From assembly GCA_050115495.1 (NCBI GenBank), contig JASFQK010000006.1, positions 32,001 through 96,000 on the forward strand: a stretch of DNA of 64,000 bases, given 5' to 3'. Within the stretch, counting starts at the first letter, position 1. Every line of letters starts with the position of its first letter. The notes beneath the pieces were generated by a model that worked only from the letters and a program-made list of their open reading frames with translations, ran no database searches and was not told where the DNA came from. This document shows positions 47,338 to 56,129 of the stretch, piece by piece. This DNA is from Phycisphaerae bacterium (GTDB lineage Bacteria; Planctomycetota; Phycisphaerae; UBA1845; Fen-1342). Position numbers and translations under genes: made by a program.

Positions 47338-50300
47338 TCACCCGCCGACAATGGCCAACCGCACCTCGTACGATTCTATCTTCACCGTCCGCACTTGGCT
47401 CGTCCCGGACACCGAGAACTCGATCCGCTCGGCGAGACATTCCCGGCGGATCGTATCGGCATAGCGGTCCAGCACGTCGCGCAGGGCCGCCGGCGCGTCA
47501 ATTTCGAGGGCGATCCGTGCCTCGTAGGCCAGATTTCCGTCCTTCCGCAGGGCCTGCACGTGGTGGATCGCCTCGCGAACCAACCCCTCGTCCTTCAGCT
47601 CGGGCGTCAGCTCGGTCTTGACCACGACCACGCCCGCCCGGCCCTGGGCCGCCGACCAGCCCGGCTTGGCTTCCAGGCGAATCTCCAGGTCCTCGGTCGC
47701 CAGCCGGACGCTCTGCCCGCCGACGTCGAGCGCCAGCTCGCCCGTGGTGGCCAGCGTCTTCCGAGCGTCGGCGGCGTCGACCCCGCCCAGCGCCTTGGCG
47801 ATCTGCGGGGCCAGCTTGCCGAACTTCGGCCCGATCGTCTGGAAGTTCGGCTTCACCTGGTACGTCACGTAATGCTCGGCCTCGGTCGTGAACTCCACCG
47901 CCTTGATGTTGAGCTCCTCGGCAATGAGCTCGCTGTGGGCGGCCAGCCACTCGGTATGCTCGCCGTGCACCAGGATGATCTCGGCCAGCGCCAGCGGCTG
48001 CCGCACCTTGAGCTTCGCCCCGGTCCGGGCCGCCCGCCCGAGCGAGACAACCTGCCGCACCAGGTCCATCTCCTGGGCCAGCGCCTCGTCGATCAGGGCC
48101 TCGTCCACCACGGGGTAGTCACACAGGTGCACGCTCACCGGCGGTCCCCCGGTGTCGCCCGTCTCCTGCATGGTCTGCTCGCCGCGGACGAGGTTCTGGT
48201 ACATCGTTTCGGCGAAGAACGGCGTGAACGGGGCGACCAGCTTGCTGAGCGCAACCAGGCACTCGTACAGCGTGTGGTAGGCGTCCCACTTGTCCTGGTT
48301 CTTCTCGCTTCGCCAGAAGCGTTCCCGCGACCGCCGGACGTACCAGTTCGACAGGGCGTCGACGAACTCGTTGAGCCGACCGGCGGCGGGGTAGTTCTCG
48401 AAGCGATCGAGGCTGGCCCGCACGTCGCGGATCGTGCCATGCAGCATGCTGAGGATCCAGCGGTCGAGCTCGCAGCGCTCGGCGGCGGGCCGCAGTTCGG
48501 CGGCGGCCGGGTCGAAGCCGTCGATGTTGGCGTAGATGTTGAAGAAGCTGAAGACGTTGTACAAGCGCAGGAGGAACTCGCGCTGGGCGTCGCGGATGGG
48601 CGCCTCCTGGAAGCGGACGCTCGTCCAGGGCACTTGCCCGCTGAAGAAGTACCAGCGCATCGCGTCGGCGCCGTAGTGGTCGAAGATGAAGTCGGGTTCC
48701 TTGTAGTTCTTGGTCCGCTTCGACATCTTCAGCCCGTCCTCGCCCATGACGTGGCCGAGGACGATGCAGGTCTTGTAGGGATGCGGATAGTCCCGAGCGG
48801 GCCCGGTGTCTCCCCCACCACCGCTATCCTTCCTGAACAGCAGCGTGCTGATCGCCGCCAGGCCGTAGAACCAGCCGCGGGTCTGGTCGATCGCCTCGCT
48901 GATGAAGTCGGCGGGGAAACGCTCGTCGAACGTCCGCACGCTGTTCGGCGTGTGCGGGAAGCCCCACTGCGCAAACGGCATGCTGCCGGCGTCCCACCAG
49001 CAATCGATCACTTCCGGCACCCGTCGCATGCGGGCCCCCTTGGCGAACGGGCTGTCGTACGTAACCGCGTCGATATACGGCTTGTGGACCCGCAGGTGGT
49101 CGGGGATGGTCGGGTCTTCGGCCTTCTTCGTGGCCCACATGCCCTGCGGATAGTCGGGCGTGCGATCGGTCACGCCGGGCTTTTCCATCAACTCCGCCAG
49201 CGAGCCAATCGCCTCCATCTTGCCGGTCTGCTCACAAACCCAGATCGGCAGCGGCGTGCCCCAGTACCGCTCGCGCGACAGCGCCCAGTCGACATTGTTC
49301 CGCAGGAAGTCGCCGAAGCGGCCTTCCTTGATATGCTCGGGTAGCCAGTTGATCTGGTCGTTGTTCGCCAGGAAGTCGTCCTTGAACTGGCTGGTGCGGA
49401 CGAACCAGCTCTTGCGGGCGTACTGGATGAGAGCGTCATCCTCAGCTCGCGGGCAGAACGGGTACTCGTGCCGGTAGATCTCCTGGTGGTACAGGATGCC
49501 ACGCCGGTTCAGCTCGCGGATGATGTCCTTGTCGCATTCCTTGACCCAGCGCCCGCGATAGGGCTCGGGCGCCTCATCGTTGAACTTGCCGTCGGGGTTG
49601 ACGGCGTTGATCAGCGGAATGCCGTTTAGCTCGTCTTCGAAACGCCGCCGCTCGCCCTGAAGCAGCTCGAAGTCCACCTCACCATAAGCCGGAGCCTCGT
49701 GCACCAGCCCCGAGCCGGAGTCCAGCGTGACGAAGTCGGCCAACGTCACGCGCCAGCCGATGTAGTCCTGCCCACCCGCCGGCTCGCGCAGTGCCGCCGT
49801 CGCCTCGCCCATCGGCTTGCCGCCGACGGGGCGCTGGTAGTACGACTCCGGGAACGGCGGGACGTACCGCCGGCCGACGAGGTCCGTACCCTTGCAGTTC
49901 GCCACAGACTCGAGCTCGTGCTGGACCTTCGCCGCGGTCGTGATGACGAGGGCGGTGGCGATGTAGAGGTACTCGCCGGTGGTCTTGTCGAGCACGAGCG
50001 AATAGTCGATGTCCGGCCCGACGGCGGCAAAGTGGTTGCTGATGAGCGTCCACGGCGTCGTCGTCCAGACCAGCAGGCTGACCTTGGCGTCCGCCGGCAG
50101 CTCATCGTGGGGACAACGTCGACCACGGGGGGCCGACACTGCATCGGCCACCGCCTTCGCCGGCTCGTCGCCTGTGCGGAGCAGCGGAAAGCGGATGTAC
50201 ACGCTCGGATCGTCGACGGTCCGATATCCTTCGCCGACCTCCCCCGCCGACAGGGCCGTCCCACCCTGCGCCCACCACCAGACGACCTTGTGCCCCTGGT

Positions 50301-50817
50301 ACAGCAGACCTCGCTCGAACAGCGTCTTCAGGCTCCACCAGACGCTCTCCACGTAGCTCTGGTGGAACGTGACGTAGGCCTCTTCGAGGTTGACCCAGAA
50401 GCCCAGCCGGCGGGTCATCTGCTCCCATTCGCGGGTATAGCGGAAGACGCTCTCGATGCACCGGCGGACGAACTTCTCGACGCCGTAGGTCTCAATCTCC
50501 TCCTTCGTATGGATGCCGAGCTGCTTGCAGACCTCGACTTCGACCGGCAAACCGTGCGTGTCCCAGCCGGCCTTGCGCTCGACCAGCCGCCCGCACATCG
50601 TCTGGTAGCGGGGAAACAGATCCTTGATCGCCCGGGTCAGGCAGTGACCGGGGTGCGGCAGACCGTTGGCCGTCGGCGGCCCTTCGTAGAACACGAAGCG
50701 CGGCGCCCCCTGGCGAATCTCCAGCGACTTGCCGAACACATCGAGCTTCTGCCAGAACTCCAGTACGCGCAGCTCGCTCTCGGGAAAGCTGAACCTGGCC
50801 GGAAGGGGCGCAAACAT
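47338..50817 (-). CDS. ileS: Isoleucine--tRNA ligase (type 2)
   Basis: YEGPPTANGLPHPGH, GWDTHGLPVE, WTTTPWTL, DWALSRERYWGTPLP, DQTRGWFY, KMSKR, LSNWYVRRSR; no C-terminal FPG-type Zn finger. Confidence 0.96.
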   Translation of the reverse strand: MFAPLPARFSFPESELRVLEFWQKLDVFGKSLEIRQGAPRFVFYEGPPTANGLPHPGHCLTRAIKDLFPRYQTMCGRLVERKAGWDTHGLPVEVEVCKQLGIHTKEEIETYGVEKFVRRCIESVFRYTREWEQMTRRLGFWVNLEEAYVTFHQSYVESVWWSLKTLFERGLLYQGHKVVWWWAQGGTALSAGEVGEGYRTVDDPSVYIRFPLLRTGDEPAKAVADAVSAPRGRRCPHDELPADAKVSLLVWTTTPWTLISNHFAAVGPDIDYSLVLDKTTGEYLYIATALVITTAAKVQHELESVANCKGTDLVGRRYVPPFPESYYQRPVGGKPMGEATAALREPAGGQDYIGWRVTLADFVTLDSGSGLVHEAPAYGEVDFELLQGERRRFEDELNGIPLINAVNPDGKFNDEAPEPYRGRWVKECDKDIIRELNRRGILYHQEIYRHEYPFCPRAEDDALIQYARKSWFVRTSQFKDDFLANNDQINWLPEHIKEGRFGDFLRNNVDWALSRERYWGTPLPIWVCEQTGKMEAIGSLAELMEKPGVTDRTPDYPQGMWATKKAEDPTIPDHLRVHKPYIDAVTYDSPFAKGARMRRVPEVIDCWWDAGSMPFAQWGFPHTPNSVRTFDERFPADFISEAIDQTRGWFYGLAAISTLLFRKDSGGGGDTGPARDYPHPYKTCIVLGHVMGEDGLKMSKRTKNYKEPDFIFDHYGADAMRWYFFSGQVPWTSVRFQEAPIRDAQREFLLRLYNVFSFFNIYANIDGFDPAAAELRPAAERCELDRWILSMLHGTIRDVRASLDRFENYPAAGRLNEFVDALSNWYVRRSRERFWRSEKNQDKWDAYHTLYECLVALSKLVAPFTPFFAETMYQNLVRGEQTMQETGDTGGPPVSVHLCDYPVVDEALIDEALAQEMDLVRQVVSLGRAARTGAKLKVRQPLALAEIILVHGEHTEWLAAHSELIAEELNIKAVEFTTEAEHYVTYQVKPNFQTIGPKFGKLAPQIAKALGGVDAADARKTLATTGELALDVGGQSVRLATEDLEIRLEAKPGWSAAQGRAGVVVVKTELTPELKDEGLVREAIHHVQALRKDGNLAYEARIALEIDAPAALRDVLDRYADTIRRECLAERIEFSVSGTSQVRTVKIESYEVRLAIVGG

Positions 50818-50869
50818 CAATTCCTCCGTGGCTCGGCGGCCCCCCGCACCGCCGAAAAGGCACAAGATA

Positions 50870-52354
50870 CTACTCGGGCCCGGCGCTGGCTACTCCGTCC
50901 GCCCCGACCGCTACCGCCTCCTCTTCGCCGGCGTCGCCGTCCGGCGGGCCAGCCTCCGCCGCCGGCCGCTCGCGGAACAGGCGAATCTGCCGCCACGGTC
51001 CGGCCGTCCAGCGCCACCGCATCAGCAGACCCAGGATGATGATGTACACGGCGCACACCACCCACGGCCCCAGCAGGCCGACCCACGGGAGCAACCGGCT
51101 GACTAGCACGCCCCCGCCGACGAAGATGCCCCAGCAGCAGCAGAACACCGCCACCGCCGGCCAGCGCGTGTCGCCCGCCCCGCGCAGGGCGTTCATGTAC
51201 GTGATGCACATGGCGTCGAAAACCTGGAAGACGGCGGCCCCGATCAAGACCAGCACGCCGCGCTCGATCACCGCCGGATTGTCGGACATCAACCACATCA
51301 ACGGATAGCCAGCGCACACGAAGAGCACGCCGATCCCGCCCATGTACCCGCCGGTCAGCCGCATCGCCAGCCGGGCCCGCTCGACGGCACGTTCGGGCTG
51401 CCCCTCGCCGATGGCGAAGCCCACTTGCGAGCACAGGGCAATGCCCAGGCCCACCGCCGGCATGAACGACATGTGCATGTATTGCAGCGCCACGTTGCTG
51501 GCCGCGATGGCGGCCACCCCGTAGGGCGGCACGATCACGACCAGAAAGACCACCCACGAACCGATGTCGATCAGCCATTGCACGGACGTCGGCGCACCAA
51601 TCCGCAGCAGATCCCGCAGCCGGGTCAGGCTCGGCCCCATCGACCGCCGCGTGTTGTACCGCTTGTCGAACCCACCCAGCAGCATCGCCGCGGCGAGCAC
51701 GGTGCTCCGCGCCGCCCAGCCGATGACCGTGGCCAGGGCCGCGCCGGCGATGCCCATCTCGGGGAAGCCGAACTTCCCGAAGATCAGGCAGTAGTTCCCG
51801 GTGGCGTTGACGACCAGCGACAGCACGACCGCGAACAGCGAGATACGCGGCCGCTGGATCCCCAGGAAGAAGCCGTCCAGCCCAACGCTGGCCGCCGTAA
51901 ACGGCACGGACCACACCGCGATCTGCGCGTAGGCGATCTCCAGGCGGGCCATCTCGGGATCGTGCCCGGCCACCGTGGCAATCCAGCCATACCAGATCGG
52001 CGTCGTCGCCGACACCGGCCAGGCCACCAGCGCCGCGAAGGCGGAAACGTACAGAATCTGCCACGCGTACGGACCGGCCTCGCGCGGCTCCCCACGGCCG
52101 TCGGCCTGAGAGACGAACGTCTGCACGGCCTGGCCCACGCCCATGCCCAGGCAGGCGACGGTGAAAACCAGGAGCACGGCCGGCGAAATGGCCGCTTGCG
52201 CGAAGGTCCCCAGTTGCGAGACCATCACGAAATCGATGAAGCCCATCAGCATCCGGGATACCATCATGGCGATGATGGGCATGGCCAGTATCAGCAGCTC
52301 GCGGAGCGGGCTGCCGGCCGGCTTCAGCTTGTCGGGGGCGGATAAGGCAGTCAT
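50870..52354 (-). CDS. MATE family efflux transporter
   Basis: LAMPII, FIDFVMVSQLG, LIFGKFGFPEMGIAGAALAT, ALRGAGDTRWP; about 12 TM. Confidence 0.93.
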   Translation of the reverse strand: MTALSAPDKLKPAGSPLRELLILAMPIIAMMVSRMLMGFIDFVMVSQLGTFAQAAISPAVLLVFTVACLGMGVGQAVQTFVSQADGRGEPREAGPYAWQILYVSAFAALVAWPVSATTPIWYGWIATVAGHDPEMARLEIAYAQIAVWSVPFTAASVGLDGFFLGIQRPRISLFAVVLSLVVNATGNYCLIFGKFGFPEMGIAGAALATVIGWAARSTVLAAAMLLGGFDKRYNTRRSMGPSLTRLRDLLRIGAPTSVQWLIDIGSWVVFLVVIVPPYGVAAIAASNVALQYMHMSFMPAVGLGIALCSQVGFAIGEGQPERAVERARLAMRLTGGYMGGIGVLFVCAGYPLMWLMSDNPAVIERGVLVLIGAAVFQVFDAMCITYMNALRGAGDTRWPAVAVFCCCWGIFVGGGVLVSRLLPWVGLLGPWVVCAVYIIILGLLMRWRWTAGPWRQIRLFRERPAAEAGPPDGDAGEEEAVAVGADGVASAGPE

Positions 52355-52390
52355 GGCTCGCTCATCGCCGGCCGCAGCCGGCTCAACAGC

Positions 52391-52433
52391 AAAAGGAAAG
52401 GACCCTGGGAGTTTCGTACTCGCCAGGGTCCTT
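52391..52433 (-). terminator. Intrinsic terminator upstream of the MATE gene
   Basis: Minus strand AAGGACCCTGG...CCAGGGTCCTT then TCCTTTT, ending 37 nt before the MATE ATG. Confidence 0.75.
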
Positions 52434-52592
52434 GTCGTCCGAATTCGCTTCTGCGCTGCATCAGGAGGGTGGACAAGGCCCCGGCCGGGTTGCCGGAACG
52501 ATAATCGGGTTGTCCCAGCCGATCGGGGTCATCCACGCACCTTCGCCTGATTGGTTGCTCGCACGCGCACCTACTGCACCTGCGGAGCGTAA
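52391..52592 (-). ncRNA. Candidate about 200-nt rod-shaped ncRNA (6S-like) or attenuator leader
   Basis: Bounded by a near-consensus promoter and a terminator; nested stems TGCGC/GCGCA, ATCAGG/CCTGAT, GTGGATGA/TTGTCCAC, CCCCG/CGGGG. Confidence 0.55.
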
Positions 52593-52598
52593 ACGAGT

Positions 52599-52627
52599 AT
52601 TATGCCGCCTGCCTCCCGGCTCGTCAA
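52599..52627 (-). promoter_or_regulatory. Sigma70-type promoter
   Basis: TTGACG(52627-52622)-N17-CATAAT(52604-52599). Confidence 0.7.
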
Positions 52628-52758
52628 GCAAACCGGGCGGCCCCGCGGGTTCGAACATTCGCTGCCTCTTGTAAGCGCTCGCGGCGTAAACTTAATGTGG
52701 GGCCGGCCGCCCGGGCAAACCGGGACCGGCCGGGAAACGTAGAGGGATGCGGGAGACC

Positions 52759-55185
52759 ATGAGGTACTGGACCGGACTGACGCTACTGCTGGGCTTGCTG
52801 AGCGGCGCGACCGTGCGCGCCCAACCGGTGACCGGCACCGTCACCGAGATCGGCTTCCGCGCCGCCAACACGAACATGGCCAGCGCCGTGGCTCGCTCGG
52901 GCCAATGGATCCCCATCCAGGTCCAGCTCCAGGTGCAGGGCAGCCAGCCCTTCGAGGGCGTGCTGCAATTCGAAGCCCCCGACATCGACGGGGACCTCGT
53001 CTCCTACGAAGCCCCGGTGACGGTCAACCCCGAGGCCAATCGGCGAGCCTGGTGCTACGCCATCTGGCTCAGCGACGCCTTCAGCAGCGGGGCGATGCCC
53101 ATGCTCGACGTGGTCAGCAGCGACGGTCTGCTGATCAACCGCCTGACCGTGCCTCAGGTCGAGCTGATCCGCGATGACACGATGCTGATCCTCGACGTCA
53201 GCGCCAACCGTCTCACCCAGCTCCGCGGCCAACTGGAGACCCCCGCCTGGGACCCGGGCTATCCCGGCTATGGCAAGCGACCCTACTACCGGGACATCGT
53301 CGTGGCGGCCATGCCGGCCACCGACCTCCCGGACCGCTGGTTCGGTCTCGAAGCAATCGACGTCATCATCTGGGACCGCCCCGACCCGCAGCGCGTCAGC
53401 ATCCCGCAGATCAAGGCCCTGCGCCGCTGGATCGAGGATGGCGGGCGGCTCATCGTCGGCCTCGGCGATAGCTGGCCCAACCTCGCCGGCAGCGAGCTCG
53501 CCGACCTGCTCCCGGTGCAGCCGATCGCCGCTGGCGGCGGACAGCGCACTACGCGCGAAGTGCGGCAGTTGGACGGCTTCTTCGGCCACTTCGTGCAGGA
53601 CATCTATCAGCGCGAAACGCCGGCGAGATCCCGGACGTTTAAGGAGGACGTCAGCATCGCCATGGTCGAGGCCCGGCCCGGCGCCCTGCGGGCCGTTCGC
53701 ACACTGATGGCCGAGGGCGACGTGACCGATCTGCTCACCGCCCACTGGCTCGGCTCCGGCCGCGTAGTGGCCGTGGCGGCCAGCCTCGGCGATCTGCTCT
53801 CCGTGCCAGTCAACGAGTCCTTCTACGCCCGGCTGTTCGACCTCAACCCGACCACCGACAACTTCCGCAAGAGCGAAAGCGAGTCGATCCAGTTCACGCT
53901 GGGCACCGGCGCCCGCGAGCTCTACGGCTCGATCGTCAGCCCGACCAGCAAGACCGGCTGGTCCAGCGTGCTCGTCCTCGCCGCGTTCGCCTTCGTCGTG
54001 GCTTACGTCGGCGTGGCCACGCTGGCCACCTGGTTCTGGCTCGACCGCTACAAGCTCCGCCAACTGAGCTGGACCGTCTTCGCCGTCTTCGCCATCGTCG
54101 CCAGCCTGCTCAGCCTGGGCACGGTCGGCGTGCTCCGCGGCGTTTCCCGCGGCGTGGACATGTTCAGCTTCATCGACCTCGAGGCCGGTGCCAGCCAGGC
54201 CCGCGCCCGCTGCTACTTCGGCTATAGCAGCCCCAGCCGCCTGCCGCTCGATCTCGCCCTGACGACCGAGAGCGGCTTCCTCCGACCGTTGACCCGCGGC
54301 CCGGGCAACTCCAGCGAATACGCCACACCTGCTCGCTACAGCGCCCAGCCCGCCCAGCGCCGACTGGTGGACGCGCCCCGCCGGGCCACCCTCAAGCAGT
54401 TCGAGGGCTCCTGGACGGGCGAGCTCACCGGCAACGTGCGGGCCCAGTTGGTCGCCGACCGCCGAACCGGCCAGATCACCGCCGGCAGTTGGCTGCAAAA
54501 CGACCTGTACATCGACTTCACCGGCGGCTACCTGCTGTACCTCGATCCCCGCTTGCGCGATCCGGAGTACAACGCCGCCGGCCAGACCGCGAATTACTGG
54601 GGGCGCAAGGTGCCGCCGGGCATGAACGTGCTGGCGTTGCGCGTGCCGCCCCTGCGTGCCGGCGCGAAGCTCCAGAGCATCGGTGCCGAGCAATACGCCT
54701 GGACGCAGAATGAACAGCAGCGCTGGCAGGGCCGCGGTGGCGGCAAACCCGAGGACATGCCCGACCTGCCGACGTTATGGCAGGAGCAGCAGGGCTGGGC
54801 CGGCGTACCCATCCGGGCCTTCACGAAGTCGCGCCACGGCCTGGACCACGTGGCCACCGCCGCTCTGCTGGCCTCCACGCGCAACTTCTACCTCCACTGC
54901 CAGGAGGATTTCGACAAGGCCTCCAGTGCCCCCCTGAACATCGAGGGGCTGATGGGCTGCGACGTGTCGTCCTGGCTCGCCGAGGGACGCGTCAAGGCAA
55001 TCGACAGCCGGCAGGACGACGCCCTGGTCGGCCAGGCCGTGTTGCTGCTGATGGCGGATGACCCCGGGCCCGCGCGGCTGCTGGGCGGGAAGAATGAGTT
55101 GGGTCCCGTGCACGGACGAAGTTTGTACCGGCTGCGCGTGCCGCTCGCCCTCGAGGGTGCGCCGCCGCGGGGGCTTGAACCATGA
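52759..55185 (+). CDS. ABC-transporter-associated membrane protein with GATase-like extracytoplasmic domain
   Basis: Signal peptide; LPDRWFGLEAIDVIIW..QIKALRRWIEDGGRLIV, LGSGRVV; two internal TMs; ATGA overlap with the ABC ATPase. Confidence 0.75.
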   Translation: MRYWTGLTLLLGLLSGATVRAQPVTGTVTEIGFRAANTNMASAVARSGQWIPIQVQLQVQGSQPFEGVLQFEAPDIDGDLVSYEAPVTVNPEANRRAWCYAIWLSDAFSSGAMPMLDVVSSDGLLINRLTVPQVELIRDDTMLILDVSANRLTQLRGQLETPAWDPGYPGYGKRPYYRDIVVAAMPATDLPDRWFGLEAIDVIIWDRPDPQRVSIPQIKALRRWIEDGGRLIVGLGDSWPNLAGSELADLLPVQPIAAGGGQRTTREVRQLDGFFGHFVQDIYQRETPARSRTFKEDVSIAMVEARPGALRAVRTLMAEGDVTDLLTAHWLGSGRVVAVAASLGDLLSVPVNESFYARLFDLNPTTDNFRKSESESIQFTLGTGARELYGSIVSPTSKTGWSSVLVLAAFAFVVAYVGVATLATWFWLDRYKLRQLSWTVFAVFAIVASLLSLGTVGVLRGVSRGVDMFSFIDLEAGASQARARCYFGYSSPSRLPLDLALTTESGFLRPLTRGPGNSSEYATPARYSAQPAQRRLVDAPRRATLKQFEGSWTGELTGNVRAQLVADRRTGQITAGSWLQNDLYIDFTGGYLLYLDPRLRDPEYNAAGQTANYWGRKVPPGMNVLALRVPPLRAGAKLQSIGAEQYAWTQNEQQRWQGRGGGKPEDMPDLPTLWQEQQGWAGVPIRAFTKSRHGLDHVATAALLASTRNFYLHCQEDFDKASSAPLNIEGLMGCDVSSWLAEGRVKAIDSRQDDALVGQAVLLLMADDPGPARLLGGKNELGPVHGRSLYRLRVPLALEGAPPRGLEP

Positions 55186-56111
55186 TCATCCAGACAATCA
55201 ACCTGACCAAGCGATACGGCAAGCTGGTGGCCCTAAACAACCTGCACCTCAACATCGAGGAAGGTGAGTGCTTCGGCTACATCGGGCCGAACGGGGCGGG
55301 CAAAACGACGACGATCCGCATCCTGGCCACGCTGCTCCAGCCGACCTGGGGCGAAGCGCGGGTCTGCGGGCACGTGGTCGGCTATGAATCACGCAAGATC
55401 CGCCCGATGATCGGCTACGTCCCCGACTTCTTCGGCGCCTACGAGGACATGGTCGTTCAGGAATACCTCGAGTTCTTCGCCGCCGCCTACGGCATCGCCG
55501 GCAAGAAGCGGACGCAGATCGTCGGCGACGTGCTCGAGCTGACCGACCTGAGCTACAAGCGGGACGGCCTGGTGGATTCGCTCTCCCGCGGCATGAAACA
55601 GCGGCTGAGCATCGCCCGCGTCCTGCTGCACGACCCGCAGGTGTTGCTGCTCGACGAGCCGGCCAGCGGTCTCGACCCGCGGGCCCGCATCGAGATCCGC
55701 GAATTGCTCAAAGAGCTGCACCGCATGGGCAAGACCATTCTGATCAGCTCCCACATCCTGCCGGAGCTCGCCGACCTGTGCACGACGATCGGCATCCTCG
55801 AGCAGGGCGAGATGATCTACCAGGGCTCGGTCGCCGAGGCCCTGCGCCGGGCCCGCGTGGGCAGCGTGGTCCACGTCGTCACCCCCGACGACCAGGAGCG
55901 TGCCCGCCAGGTCCTGGAGAAGCTCCCCGGCGTGCAGGCCGTCCACGTCCGCAACGGCCAGGTCGTCCTGAATCTCGACGCCGACACGGCGGACTTCAGC
56001 TTCATCGCCCAGGCCATGCTCCAGAGCAACCTGCGCATCAGCGAAATCAAGCAGGAAGAAGTAAACCTCGAAACAGCGTTCATGCGACTGACGAAGGGCA
56101 TCGTCCAATAG
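55182..56111 (+). CDS. ABC transporter ATP-binding protein
   Basis: GPNGAGKTT, LSRGMKQR, LLLDEPASGLDP, SSH. Confidence 0.96.
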   Translation: MIIQTINLTKRYGKLVALNNLHLNIEEGECFGYIGPNGAGKTTTIRILATLLQPTWGEARVCGHVVGYESRKIRPMIGYVPDFFGAYEDMVVQEYLEFFAAAYGIAGKKRTQIVGDVLELTDLSYKRDGLVDSLSRGMKQRLSIARVLLHDPQVLLLDEPASGLDPRARIEIRELLKELHRMGKTILISSHILPELADLCTTIGILEQGEMIYQGSVAEALRRARVGSVVHVVTPDDQERARQVLEKLPGVQAVHVRNGQVVLNLDADTADFSFIAQAMLQSNLRISEIKQEEVNLETAFMRLTKGIVQ

Positions 56112-56129
56112 AGGGGCGCGCACGCGACA

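Noticed and set aside
52391..52592. T-box leader for ileS
   Set aside because: No GGTGG.ACC(G)CG T-box sequence before the terminator, and a MATE gene intervenes
47395..54693. Long ORFs antisense to ileS, MATE and the ABC-associated gene (for example 47395-49344, 52783-54693)
   Set aside because: Stop-poor shadow frames expected in high-GC DNA, with no motifs and fully overlapping clear genes; the same applies to 11332-12957, 18423-20027, 24641-26197 and 26833-28584
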